Assembly (NCBI GenBank): GCA_019057385.1
Contig: JAHQJS010000004.1
Span: 820,627 to 884,626, forward strand
Reading direction: 5' to 3'
Source of the DNA: Candidatus Borrarchaeum weybense
GTDB lineage: Archaea; Asgardarchaeota; Sifarchaeia; Borrarchaeales; Borrarchaeaceae
Length of the DNA stretch: 64,000 bases
Made by a program: the position numbers and the translations under genes. The notes under the pieces were generated by a model. That model was given only the letters and a program-made list of their open reading frames with translations, was not told the DNA's origin and did not search any database. Positions 29,092 to 38,373 of the stretch are shown here, piece by piece; the stretch's first letter is position 1; the number at the start of each line of letters is the position of its first letter.

Positions 29092-29574
29092 GTGGGTCAC
29101 CTAGAACGGGGGTCTTTTTTGATCGATGAACTTATCATAATGAATCAACAAGGCACAATTTTATTTTACACTAATTACACGGATGAGAAATGTGATAATA
29201 ACTTTATATCGAACCTCATTCTAGCAATACAACAATTCGCCGAAATAGTTCTTAGTAGTAATTTGGAAGCAATCAGACTTAAGGATAGTAAATATATTTT
29301 TTTAAAAGATGATGATTTGTCAGTTGCCATTAGAACAAATGAACAGCAAGTCACCGAAAAAATGCAAGAACTTATCTATTTAATAAGAAATCGATTTTTG
29401 GAAAAATTTGGATTGCTTAAAAACTTCTCTGGCGACGTTTCGATTTTTAATACATTTGAAAATGAATTGTTAGAGATATTACCAAATGAGAAGCCAAAAA
29501 TAACAAGCCAAGAGCTTCTTACAGAACTTTTTGGAATCAAAATAAACAGCAAAAAGATACTAAATGAACTATAA
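29092..29574 (+). CDS. Longin-domain protein
   Basis: LIIMNQQGTILF...LILAIQQFA...RFLEKFG..NFSGDVSIFNTFE. Confidence 0.75.
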   Translation: MGHLERGSFLIDELIIMNQQGTILFYTNYTDEKCDNNFISNLILAIQQFAEIVLSSNLEAIRLKDSKYIFLKDDDLSVAIRTNEQQVTEKMQELIYLIRNRFLEKFGLLKNFSGDVSIFNTFENELLEILPNEKPKITSQELLTELFGIKINSKKILNEL

Positions 29575-29585
29575 ATTATAAGGAG

Positions 29586-29921
29586 ATGATTAGAATACAG
29601 GAAATTTCTACGGTATTATTGGGTACAATATTTTCAGTATTAGGACTGATTTTGTTCCTTTATTGTTTACTAGTTGTTAGAAAAATACTGCAGCTCTTTC
29701 CACAGGCAAAAATGCGTAAAGATTGGATGATAATAGGAATTTTGATCGGATTTTTCGCGATTGGGTATGCAGTCAATATTTGGGCACTTCTCACAGAAAA
29801 TCTTCTCGTTCAAAGCTTCATGCAATCATTCGTGTACTTGTTTGGTGCCATATTTGTGGTAGTTGTCATCCAGCTGAGTTATAGAACATATAAACTCATT
29901 CTAAAATCTGCTAAAGAATGA
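29586..29921 (+). CDS. Small 3-TM membrane protein, resembles N-terminal sensor modules of signalling proteins
   Basis: W..IGILIGFFAIGY...VYLFGAIFVVVVIQLS. Confidence 0.65.
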   Translation: MIRIQEISTVLLGTIFSVLGLILFLYCLLVVRKILQLFPQAKMRKDWMIIGILIGFFAIGYAVNIWALLTENLLVQSFMQSFVYLFGAIFVVVVIQLSYRTYKLILKSAKE

Positions 29922-29939
29922 TGGCAATAGTTTGAAGAC

Positions 29940-29968
29940 CTAGTAGATTCAAAAAACGAATCTACTAG
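29940..29968. terminator. Perfect hairpin after the 29586..29921 gene
   Basis: ctagtagattc-N7-gaatctactag. Confidence 0.5.
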
Positions 29969-30075
29969 CATTTTCTTATTCAATACGCAAGAACACATTT
30001 TTTTCAAAGGATAGAACATGGATACATGCCAATATGTCCATAACATCATGTTTATATCTAAGTTGAAACATTAAA

Positions 30076-30582
30076 TTGATGCTCAATTTTGATGATCGCA
30101 TTATTTACGAAAGGAGTGGTAATCACATGCAAAAGATTGAATTTGATAGTGAACCATTATTACAGGAATTTCAATTCGCACTCTTATGTTCCCTTAAAGA
30201 TCCCAAAAGAGAATTAAATAAAGCATGCAGCGTTATTGGTGAACGTTTTGGAGATATTGATATAAAATTTTCATCCTTAGATGAGTTCGCAAATTATTTT
30301 CAAAACTTCCTAAAAGATTATCTCAATATAGCAGATGGCGTTTCTGTGAAGTATGAAAATCATGTATTAACAATTGATATAGAAGGATGTAAATTCTGTC
30401 CAGCGAACACTAAATTTAAAATTGAAAAGAAGCAGGGTGCAGTATGTCCCCTAGGAGGGCTACTTCGAGGTGCTCTCAAAAATGTTGATGGGAAAATGAA
30501 GTTATTTCGCTGGAAAGCCACAGAAAAACCTCCAGAAACTATTGGGATTTGTACTACCACTTACGAAGTTAAAATCGAATGA
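30076..30582 (+). CDS. V4R / methanogen output domain-like protein
   Basis: IDIEGCKFC...VCPLGGLLRGAL...C pattern. Confidence 0.6.
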   Translation: MMLNFDDRIIYERSGNHMQKIEFDSEPLLQEFQFALLCSLKDPKRELNKACSVIGERFGDIDIKFSSLDEFANYFQNFLKDYLNIADGVSVKYENHVLTIDIEGCKFCPANTKFKIEKKQGAVCPLGGLLRGALKNVDGKMKLFRWKATEKPPETIGICTTTYEVKIE

Positions 30583-30627
30583 AACAAATCAAGAAAGACT
30601 TACTTTCTTCATATACTTCTTTTTTAC

Positions 30628-30947
30628 GAGTAGCTAAGCAAGAAAGCACCACCGCTTCAGCGTAGTGATGAATGGCGGTAGGGTGTGTTCACTTTCATCA
30701 CGTGCATCGAGGGGTCTCCCTAACGTTATATAGGTGGAATGAGGAAGGTATCAATACCAATTGGAGGGATCATACGCACACTTGCCAACAAGGTGCATAC
30801 TCCGATTCGATTGCCTCACCATCGTTAGCCGTACCTACGGGGCGTAGGGATGTTAAGCCTGTGGAGATAAGACCTCCGTAACCCGCAAGGGGATCGAGTC
30901 TGTCGTTGAAGCAGGAAGCCTTGTGGCTTTAGCACGAGGTAGCTCAC
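30628..30947 (+). mobile_element. Protein-less IS605-type mini-element retaining a TnpB reRNA/omega-RNA
   Basis: TTAC target, LE with AAAG at +16..+19 and a hairpin; tnpB-tail sequence gtacctacggggcgtaggga..aagcctgtggagat...tgaagcaggaagcc; RE hairpin ending in TCAC. Confidence 0.85.
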
Positions 30948-31064
30948 TATAATTTAGTGTCTCAAAGTCTATAAATGATCCAGAACTCTCAGGATTTTAT
31001 TTCTGGTAAAAACTCTCATTTTTTTAAAAAAAGGTAGGGGATCTGAGCCCCTTACGAAAAAAGT

Positions 31065-32360
31065 CTACAAACCGTATTGCTCTTTTACAAGATTAGCGAT
31101 TCCCATCTGTTCCAGACGTGCCATTGGGACGAGACTAGAGATGTGAACGACACCTGGAAGTCGACCGATTTCAATGCCGCCGGTGATAGTTACACGGTTC
31201 TTCACTTCGTTTATGTCCATAGAGCATAACTGTGCCATTCGTTCGAGACCGTTCATTGTTGCAGCATTGAGATCTCCACCTGTGCCCACTACAGATATAG
31301 GGGCAACTGCGGTTTGAAGTTCAAGGTTATATTTCTTAGCTACGGATCGCGCGATCTCCAGTTCATTACTAGAAGGCAATCTTGCTAATGGCGGTAGATC
31401 TTCCATCTTTGGTATCAATATCGGACCATCATTCCCCAATTTCTTAATAACTTCAACACCCATAGTGACCTCAGCAGAAACGTCCGTCGTGTGACCAGAA
31501 ATCTCTCCATCACCCTGCATCGCATGTACATCGCCTACAACTATGCCAGCTCTATCCACTTTAACAGGTGCGATAACAATTGTTCCTTCACCAACTGTAT
31601 CAACGTCCATGTGTGAATCGCTACGTAACGCTAGCTCTTCTGCTGTAATAGCATGGTCGTGAGGAGCTCCTATAAGAAACGTACCAAAGTCCCCGGCGTT
31701 ATGACTGCTGGGCATTTCAACACCAGGTAATGTTCCAAAGTTTCCTAGCATTGGTCGTACCTTAGATATAATGCCGGCTGGTGTATCTGCCAAAGCTAAA
31801 AGCAATATCGAATGGCATGTAAAACCTGCAGGTGCTGCTGCATATTCTTTTGCGTTTCTAGCTATATCTTCCGCTGTGGCTTTGTCAACAGTCACTCCAA
31901 CAGTACGACCATCGTCAAACACCATAGTATAGCCATTTGTTACATCAAATGCAGATACAGGCGTATCACAATCGGCACATCGAATTGCATCCTTACCAGT
32001 TCCCTTCACAACGGTGTTAGGGTTTACTTTTCCACATCCCGGACATTTCTTAGCTACAAAGGGATCACCAACATAACTTCCTTCTCGAGCAGTTTCTGTA
32101 CCAGAAGCTGCTGCCTTAGAAGTGATCGAGATTTTCTTAATTTTGAGAACTAAGCCGTCTCCAACAGCTGCACCCTCAACAGCTACGGGTCGTGAAATTG
32201 TATGACCACTTCTGATTTCTGGCGTGATCATGGGTCCATAACAGGCTGGTTCAGTACCCGTTGTTAAAACGCCTCCATCCCTCACGGGGCCAAGCATATC
32301 AGTTTTAGGTCCGATCAAGTCTACAAATTCACTAACATAAACGGTATCTGATGCGACCAT
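31065..32360 (-). CDS. Acetamidase/formamidase family protein
   Basis: GHTISRPVAVEGA..GD, HMDVD, GDVHAMQGDGEISG; CxxC insert. Confidence 0.88.
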   Translation of the reverse strand: MVASDTVYVSEFVDLIGPKTDMLGPVRDGGVLTTGTEPACYGPMITPEIRSGHTISRPVAVEGAAVGDGLVLKIKKISITSKAAASGTETAREGSYVGDPFVAKKCPGCGKVNPNTVVKGTGKDAIRCADCDTPVSAFDVTNGYTMVFDDGRTVGVTVDKATAEDIARNAKEYAAAPAGFTCHSILLLALADTPAGIISKVRPMLGNFGTLPGVEMPSSHNAGDFGTFLIGAPHDHAITAEELALRSDSHMDVDTVGEGTIVIAPVKVDRAGIVVGDVHAMQGDGEISGHTTDVSAEVTMGVEVIKKLGNDGPILIPKMEDLPPLARLPSSNELEIARSVAKKYNLELQTAVAPISVVGTGGDLNAATMNGLERMAQLCSMDINEVKNRVTITGGIEIGRLPGVVHISSLVPMARLEQMGIANLVKEQYGL

Positions 32361-32478
32361 TTAGTTTCCTCCTACATTTTTCTTTTTAAATCACCTAAAA
32401 AACGAGGTGTGAAGTATTACTATGGCATATCAGATATATAACACCAACATCTGTTGCATGTGGTTATTTTTTGTAGTA

Positions 32479-32736
32479 GTGAACTACCACCCTACAAGTA
32501 AGCTGGCTTCCTGAATCATCCATTCCCCAGCGGGACATGTCAAACAGTCTCTACGGGCAGTCCCTGCCCTGAACGTGATATGAATGTGAGAACTGGCGAG
32601 TGTTATCTCAGTTCAATTCTACTTAGAATCTCTGCAAAACCGTATTTGAAGATTAGGGAGTATCGTGAAAGTGAAAAAAGTAACACACGCAATTCATCCC
32701 CCCAACACGTTGAGGGGGTCTTCTTGCGGAGACATG
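32479..32736 (-). mobile_element. Protein-less IS605-type mini-element with a degenerate TnpB reRNA
   Basis: Minus strand reads TTAT|catgtctccgcaagaagacccc..ggggatgaattgcg ... agggcagggactgccc ... tcaggaagcc..gtggtagttcac. Confidence 0.82.
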
Positions 32737-33001
32737 ATAATCCCGAATAAACGTGAGATTCTTTACGTGGTACAAATAGAAGTTTTTACAGAAACCGAAA
32801 TATTTTTTAATTCATTATGTTTTTCGATAATAGACAGAATTAAAAAAATTACTCACACGAATAGTAATTGTTGTAACGCAAATTTTAAATTGCGTTCAGA
32901 AATTGCCTACTAGAAATGAGAGGTTGATTCATAGAAATCAAATGAAACATCTCTTAAATACTTATAATTGAAGTCAATATAATGACAAAAGAGGTATACA
33001 A

Positions 33002-34216
33002 ATGGCGAAATTTCCTGAAGTTTTAGACGTTACATATGCTAATAGTTTACCAGTTTCAAAGATACCGACAGAAATTGTGGAAAGAAAAGGTGCAGGGCAT
33101 CCAGATGTACTTTGTGATAAAGCATCAGAAGAATTGAGTATTAAACTCTCTGAATGGTATCTGGATACTTTTGGAGCAATTATGCATCACAATGTTGATA
33201 AATGCGTCCTTAGCGGCGGACAGTCGAATGCACGGTTTGGAGGTGGAGAAGTTATTGAACCAATCTACCTACTGCTTGTTGGCAGGGCTGTCGGAATTGT
33301 TGGCGGTGATCGAGCTAATCAAGTGCCGATTGGTAAGCTGGCGGTACGACATACAAAGCGATGGCTCGCTGATACGCTTCCGCATTTAGATGTTGATGGC
33401 GATATCATTATTGATTATAAAATTCGAAGTGGAAGCACTGACTTGGTGGGGAACTTTGAAGAAGGCGTGGACGTCCCACGTTCGAATGATACTTCTATTG
33501 GAGTTGGTTATGCTCCTTTTACTGATTTAGAGCGCTTAACATACGAGTCTGAAATGCTTCTTAACTCACGAAAAGTTAAGTATCGATTCCCTGAAATTGG
33601 CGAGGATATCAAGGTCATGGGAGTTCGTAGAAACGATAAAATACAACTTACCGTTGCAAATGCTATCATCTCAAGTGTATGTCCTGATGCAGATCACTAT
33701 ATGAGCGTAAAGGATGATATTAAGGAACTCGTCTTGAGACAATCTGCTGATATTACTGACAAGGAAGTTATTGTAAAAGTGAATACCGCTGATGATCCCA
33801 GCGCAGGAATCTACTATCTGACGTGCACAGGTACGAGTGCTGAACATGGAGATGACGGTCAAGTTGGCAGGGGTAATCGCTCAAATGGCTTGATTACTCC
33901 AAAACGTCCTATGACACTAGAAGCTGCTGCTGGTAAGAACCCTATAAGTCATGTTGGCAAAACGTATAATGTAGCAGCACGCAGAATTTGTAATAAAATA
34001 GTGGATGAACTTACAGAAGTCACAGACGCTTCGTGTTGCATCGTTTCAGAAATCGGGTGCCCCATCACAGAGCCTCAGGTTCTTGAAGTAGAACTACATG
34101 CAGGGAATTCAAGTCCCGAAATCAATTCCACAGTTGCCTCAATTGCTGAAGAAGTTATGAATGAATTGCCAACAATCTGGCGTGGATTCCTTAATCGTCA
34201 ATATGAACTTTATTGA
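33002..34216 (+). CDS. mat: Archaeal S-adenosylmethionine synthetase
   Basis: EIVERKGAGHPD, HHNVDK, NDTS, GEDIKVMG, GQVGRGNR, AAGKNP.SHVGK. Confidence 0.96.
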   Translation: MAKFPEVLDVTYANSLPVSKIPTEIVERKGAGHPDVLCDKASEELSIKLSEWYLDTFGAIMHHNVDKCVLSGGQSNARFGGGEVIEPIYLLLVGRAVGIVGGDRANQVPIGKLAVRHTKRWLADTLPHLDVDGDIIIDYKIRSGSTDLVGNFEEGVDVPRSNDTSIGVGYAPFTDLERLTYESEMLLNSRKVKYRFPEIGEDIKVMGVRRNDKIQLTVANAIISSVCPDADHYMSVKDDIKELVLRQSADITDKEVIVKVNTADDPSAGIYYLTCTGTSAEHGDDGQVGRGNRSNGLITPKRPMTLEAAAGKNPISHVGKTYNVAARRICNKIVDELTEVTDASCCIVSEIGCPITEPQVLEVELHAGNSSPEINSTVASIAEEVMNELPTIWRGFLNRQYELY

Positions 34217-34363
34217 AGACCGAAATTAAATTTCTTAGCGAGAGCATTTTTCCCTCTATTTTTTCTTATTTCTTTTAAAATTTCACTATGGTACTTGTCA
34301 TAGCCTCATTTGAGTTTTTAAGGTAGTCAAAACTCTTTAAGCCGTCTTTTCTATAGGTGCAAA

Positions 34364-34405
34364 AGTTTTTTATTAAAGATATACAGTTTTTTATTAAAGA
34401 TATAC
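34364..34405. repeat. 21-bp perfect tandem duplication
   Basis: agttttttattaaagatatac x2. Confidence 0.9.
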
Positions 34406-34508
34406 AGCGTAATGAATGATATAGAAATTGAAACTAGACTTAATTGCGTAAAACTAAGTTTAAATTTTTAAACTTGGATTGTCTAACTGTATCGTTGAGG
34501 TTCTATTT

Positions 34509-35024
34509 ATGAGCACGCGTTATACATTCAAGTGTATTGTAGCAGGCGATGGGGGTACAGGAAAAACAACATTGATTAACAGATATATTACCAAAACATT
34601 CTCAGTTGATACAAAGGTCACAATTGGTGCTGGTTTCTATACAAAGACTCTAGAGATAAATGATTCAATTTTGAAACTTCAAATATGGGACTTCGGAGGC
34701 GAAAAACGGTTTCGGTTCATCCTACCCACATACTGCAAAGGCGCACATGGAGTAATTATGGCTTTTGATCTTACGCGGCTTCCAACATTAATAGGTCTCG
34801 ACGAATGGATAGATATCATTAAGAAAAATGCAGCAACAAATCCAAAGATCATTCTTATCGGAACAAAGAGTGACTTAGGACAAATAGTAGATGAGGAAAT
34901 AATCAACGAGTTCCTCGCAAGAAATAAAGACGTTTCTTCATTCTATAAAACAAGTTCAAAGACTGGAGAAAACATTGAGGTTGTTTTCGAACAAATGGGA
35001 CAACTATTGCTTGACAGAGTTTAA
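34509..35024 (+). CDS. Rab-like small GTPase
   Basis: GDGGTGKT, TIG..F, LQIWDFGGE, GTKSD, TSSKTGENI; ATG 34509 follows a GAGG SD. Confidence 0.92.
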   Translation: MSTRYTFKCIVAGDGGTGKTTLINRYITKTFSVDTKVTIGAGFYTKTLEINDSILKLQIWDFGGEKRFRFILPTYCKGAHGVIMAFDLTRLPTLIGLDEWIDIIKKNAATNPKIILIGTKSDLGQIVDEEIINEFLARNKDVSSFYKTSSKTGENIEVVFEQMGQLLLDRV

Positions 35025-35034
35025 GGTAATAAAA

Positions 35035-35310
35035 ATGCCTGAAAACGAAAAAAAGGTCGTTGTCTTTTGCAAGATATGTGATTGCTTTGTTTCCATTATA
35101 TTTTCAAAAAAAGAATTTCTCGAAAAGGCAAAGTTTGATGGTGGACTTGTTTCAGGCACATTTTTGCATAAATCAAAGAATAAAGAAGATCCCGCGCATG
35201 CTCTCTTAGTTTATTTCGATAAGAATTTCAATCATCGTGGTACAGTATGCTCAAAAGTAATTAAGACAAAAAGTACAAAACGTACAAAGGGAGAGGAAAT
35301 GAAGAGGTAG
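35035..35310 (+). CDS. Small putative Zn-binding protein (CxxC...H...H)
   Basis: FCKICD...FLH...HALLVYFDKNFNHRG; starts 10 bp after the GTPase. Confidence 0.65.
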   Translation: MPENEKKVVVFCKICDCFVSIIFSKKEFLEKAKFDGGLVSGTFLHKSKNKEDPAHALLVYFDKNFNHRGTVCSKVIKTKSTKRTKGEEMKR

Positions 35311-35463
35311 TCTTCACCGCCCTAAGGTTCCCTATGTTTTCAAAACTTGTTTACTGCAAGCTGAGTTATTTATGTCTTTTTCTATGTGTTGATGAGAAGG
35401 TTTTTAATTTTTTAAGTTTATTGAAGCCGCATAAAAGAAATATATTTTACAATCGATAAGGGA

Positions 35464-36882
35464 TTGCTTTTGAAAATACTTTTAATCAACCCACCTGTTT
35501 TTCACGCAAAAGAAGTACGTATCAAATCACGTCTTTTTACCACTGAGAAATATATGAATGTGTTTGGAGAGCCGATAGGTCTTATGTATCTTGCAAATTA
35601 TTTGCAAGCAAATGGGCATGAAGTACAAATTGTTGATGTATCTAATGATAAAATTTGGAACAATTTACCTGATATAATCCGTAAATCAGGTGAAGATTTA
35701 ATTGGAATTTCCAGTATGACGACTGGCATTATCGAAGCACTAGAAACTGCTCAAATATGTAAAGAAGAGCTTAATGTACCAGTTGTTTTTGGTGGGGCTC
35801 ATGCCTCTGGGACTCCTGAAACTCTTACTAAACACCCAGCTGTTGATATATCCGTTATAGGAGAAGGAGAACAAACATTTGTAGAGTTACTATCCACAAT
35901 TGAACAAGGGACTTCACTAAAAGAAGTCGATGGAATTTGTTTTAAACACAATGGATCTATTGTACGAACCGCCCCAAGGCAGTTGATTGGTGATTTAGAC
36001 AGTATCCCTTGGCCAGCTCGTGATCTTGTTGATATGAAAAACTATTACATGGACATCTCGTCACATCGAGGCATCTGGCCTGCTTATACAGTGTTTGCAT
36101 CACGCGGCTGTCCTTTTAATTGCTCCTTTTGTACCTCTAATATCTGGGGTAGACGTTGGAGAAAGCGCGACCCAAAAAAGGTAGTAGATGAAATAGAAGC
36201 AGTATATGAACAATTTCGTAGACCTGGCATCAAATTTGGAGATTTTGTTTTTAATGTTGATAAGAATTGGGTAAAGCAAATCTGCAATGAGATATTGAGT
36301 AGAGGACTTGATATTAAATGGAGCGCTAAAACAAGCATACATGGGGTTACACCTGAACTTCTTGATTTGATGAACCGTTCAGGATGCGTTTTACTGAAAT
36401 ATGGTGGAGAAAGTGCAGATCAAGAGATTTTATCACTTCTAAATAAAAAACAAACTAACGATGAAGTCGAAAACGCAATAAAATGGACAAGAGAGGCGGA
36501 TATTTCACCTCACTTATATTTTCTTGTAGGTGTTCCACAAGAAACAGAAGAATCAAAAAAACGAACATTTGAATTTGCGAAACGACTTTTTCACAAATAT
36601 GATGCAAAAATTAAGTTCAGCACTTTGTATGTGTTTCCAGGAACAGAAATTGAAGAAATGGCTGGATTAAAGGGGTATGATTATTATACTCCTTTACCCG
36701 AAATTGAATCTACTTCACGTGCTCCTTTATACAGTGTTGTTACAGGAATGTACTCTGAAAACGAAATTAATCGAATACGTGAACGTTACGATAAATATTT
36801 CGCAATTCGTTCGGCATGGAGATACGTACGTAGAAATCCTTTTAGTTTACGTAGCTGGAAGTATATATTCCGCAATCTTTAA
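35464..36882 (+). CDS. Cobalamin-binding radical SAM protein
   Basis: PIGLMYLA, GGAHAS, GEGE, SRGCPFNCSFC, G.ES. Confidence 0.92.
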   Translation: MLLKILLINPPVFHAKEVRIKSRLFTTEKYMNVFGEPIGLMYLANYLQANGHEVQIVDVSNDKIWNNLPDIIRKSGEDLIGISSMTTGIIEALETAQICKEELNVPVVFGGAHASGTPETLTKHPAVDISVIGEGEQTFVELLSTIEQGTSLKEVDGICFKHNGSIVRTAPRQLIGDLDSIPWPARDLVDMKNYYMDISSHRGIWPAYTVFASRGCPFNCSFCTSNIWGRRWRKRDPKKVVDEIEAVYEQFRRPGIKFGDFVFNVDKNWVKQICNEILSRGLDIKWSAKTSIHGVTPELLDLMNRSGCVLLKYGGESADQEILSLLNKKQTNDEVENAIKWTREADISPHLYFLVGVPQETEESKKRTFEFAKRLFHKYDAKIKFSTLYVFPGTEIEEMAGLKGYDYYTPLPEIESTSRAPLYSVVTGMYSENEINRIRERYDKYFAIRSAWRYVRRNPFSLRSWKYIFRNL

Positions 36883-36994
36883 AAAAAGGTATTCTTTCTT
36901 GATCTATATCTCGTATTCTACAAAGGTCTAAAACACTAGGCAAACTTTTGTTTTATCAGCCTACGGAACTTTATCATTATTTTGGCGAAATATC

Positions 36995-38299
36995 ATGGAA
37001 TCTTCAGCTGGTTTCAAAGAAAGCGTATACACGGTCAGCACATGCACTCTTGCTATTTCATCATTTGTAGTAAATCTTGGCTTTGGATTAACGTTGCCCT
37101 ATTTCCCATTATTTGCTATTGAGTTGGGCGCGAAAGTCTGGCACGTAGGTTTTCTTGTTACCTCTTTCATTGTGGGGCGTGTTCTATTTAATGACAGGGC
37201 CGGAAGGTTTTCAGATAAATACGGGAGGAAACTTATCATCAACCTCGGTGCCCTTGGGTATGCATTAATTTCGATCGTCATGTTCTTCATCACACACTGG
37301 TTACACATGCTGGTACTGAATTTCTTCTGGGGAATGGCTTCCGCTTTTGTTTGGTCGCCGAGTGAGGCGTGTTTGGTAGATCAGGTCTCACCTAAGAAAA
37401 GAGGAGAAGCACTTAGCATGTTTTTCACACTTACTAACTTCGGATGGGTTGGCGGACCGGCAATAGGGGGTTTAGCGCAACATTATGCTTTCACTACCCT
37501 CAATATGTCGATCGCAGACTCGTTTCGCTTCCCATTCTATATAGTCTTTGTACTTTCTTTACTTTCACTTGTCATTGTGCGTCTTTGTGTCCAAGAAACG
37601 CGTGGAAAAGGAACTGCATGCGAAATTTCTGGCCCATCCTTGAAGATTGACAATCCCGGTGAAGGAAACTCAAAATTACCTAAATATTTGAAAAGAAACC
37701 TCTACGTATTTTTCTTCGCTGCATTTGCAAATGGGTTCAGCTGGGCATTCCTTGAGCCTTTATTGCCCATTTACTTGACCGATAAAATTGGAGCTATTCC
37801 TCTTGAGATCGGTATAATCTTTACTACAGCAGGTTTGTGTGGTATATTTGTGAATTATCCCTCTGGACGAATGAGTGACAAATTTGGTAGAAAACCACTT
37901 ATCAGCGTTGGGATGGTCTGCTCGCGAACAGCGACTTTATTAATACCAGCGTTCTCTCAAACAGCTGCAAATGTAATCGGTGTAATGGGCGTCAGATCTG
38001 TCGGTTTTAATGTAAGTCAGCCAGCTCTACGCGCTCTACAAGCAGATCAAGTTCCACATGCTCGACGAGGACAATTATTTGGACGAATTGAAATGTTCTT
38101 TGATGTCGGAATGATTATAGGTTCTCTTATCTCCCCCCCTCTCTATTCTGCATTTGGATCTGTCCCGTTGTTTACTTTATTTGGACATGTCATTCTTGGA
38201 GAAATTATACCCTTTGCGATTCCAGCTATTATGGGGATAACGGCATTGGTATGCATTTTGGTGTTTATCCTTACAAAAAAAGAAAGTGAGGAATGTTAG
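36995..38299 (+). CDS. MFS transporter
   Basis: GRFSDKYGRK and GRMSDKFGRK motif A; about 12 TM helices. Confidence 0.92.
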   Translation: MESSAGFKESVYTVSTCTLAISSFVVNLGFGLTLPYFPLFAIELGAKVWHVGFLVTSFIVGRVLFNDRAGRFSDKYGRKLIINLGALGYALISIVMFFITHWLHMLVLNFFWGMASAFVWSPSEACLVDQVSPKKRGEALSMFFTLTNFGWVGGPAIGGLAQHYAFTTLNMSIADSFRFPFYIVFVLSLLSLVIVRLCVQETRGKGTACEISGPSLKIDNPGEGNSKLPKYLKRNLYVFFFAAFANGFSWAFLEPLLPIYLTDKIGAIPLEIGIIFTTAGLCGIFVNYPSGRMSDKFGRKPLISVGMVCSRTATLLIPAFSQTAANVIGVMGVRSVGFNVSQPALRALQADQVPHARRGQLFGRIEMFFDVGMIIGSLISPPLYSAFGSVPLFTLFGHVILGEIIPFAIPAIMGITALVCILVFILTKKESEEC

Positions 38300-38373
38300 G
38301 TTATTATTCTTCATTTTTCATTGCTAAGACGCTGATTTTTCTAAAAAACTCTATTAATAATAGAAAAAATCTG

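Noticed and set aside
30672-30881. 69-aa ORF ending VPTGRRDVKPVEIRPP
   Set aside because: Only the TnpB tail that overlaps the reRNA; no RuvC or Zn-finger motifs
32665-32913. 82-aa ORF
   Set aside because: Reads through the mini-element end hairpin into AT-rich intergenic DNA
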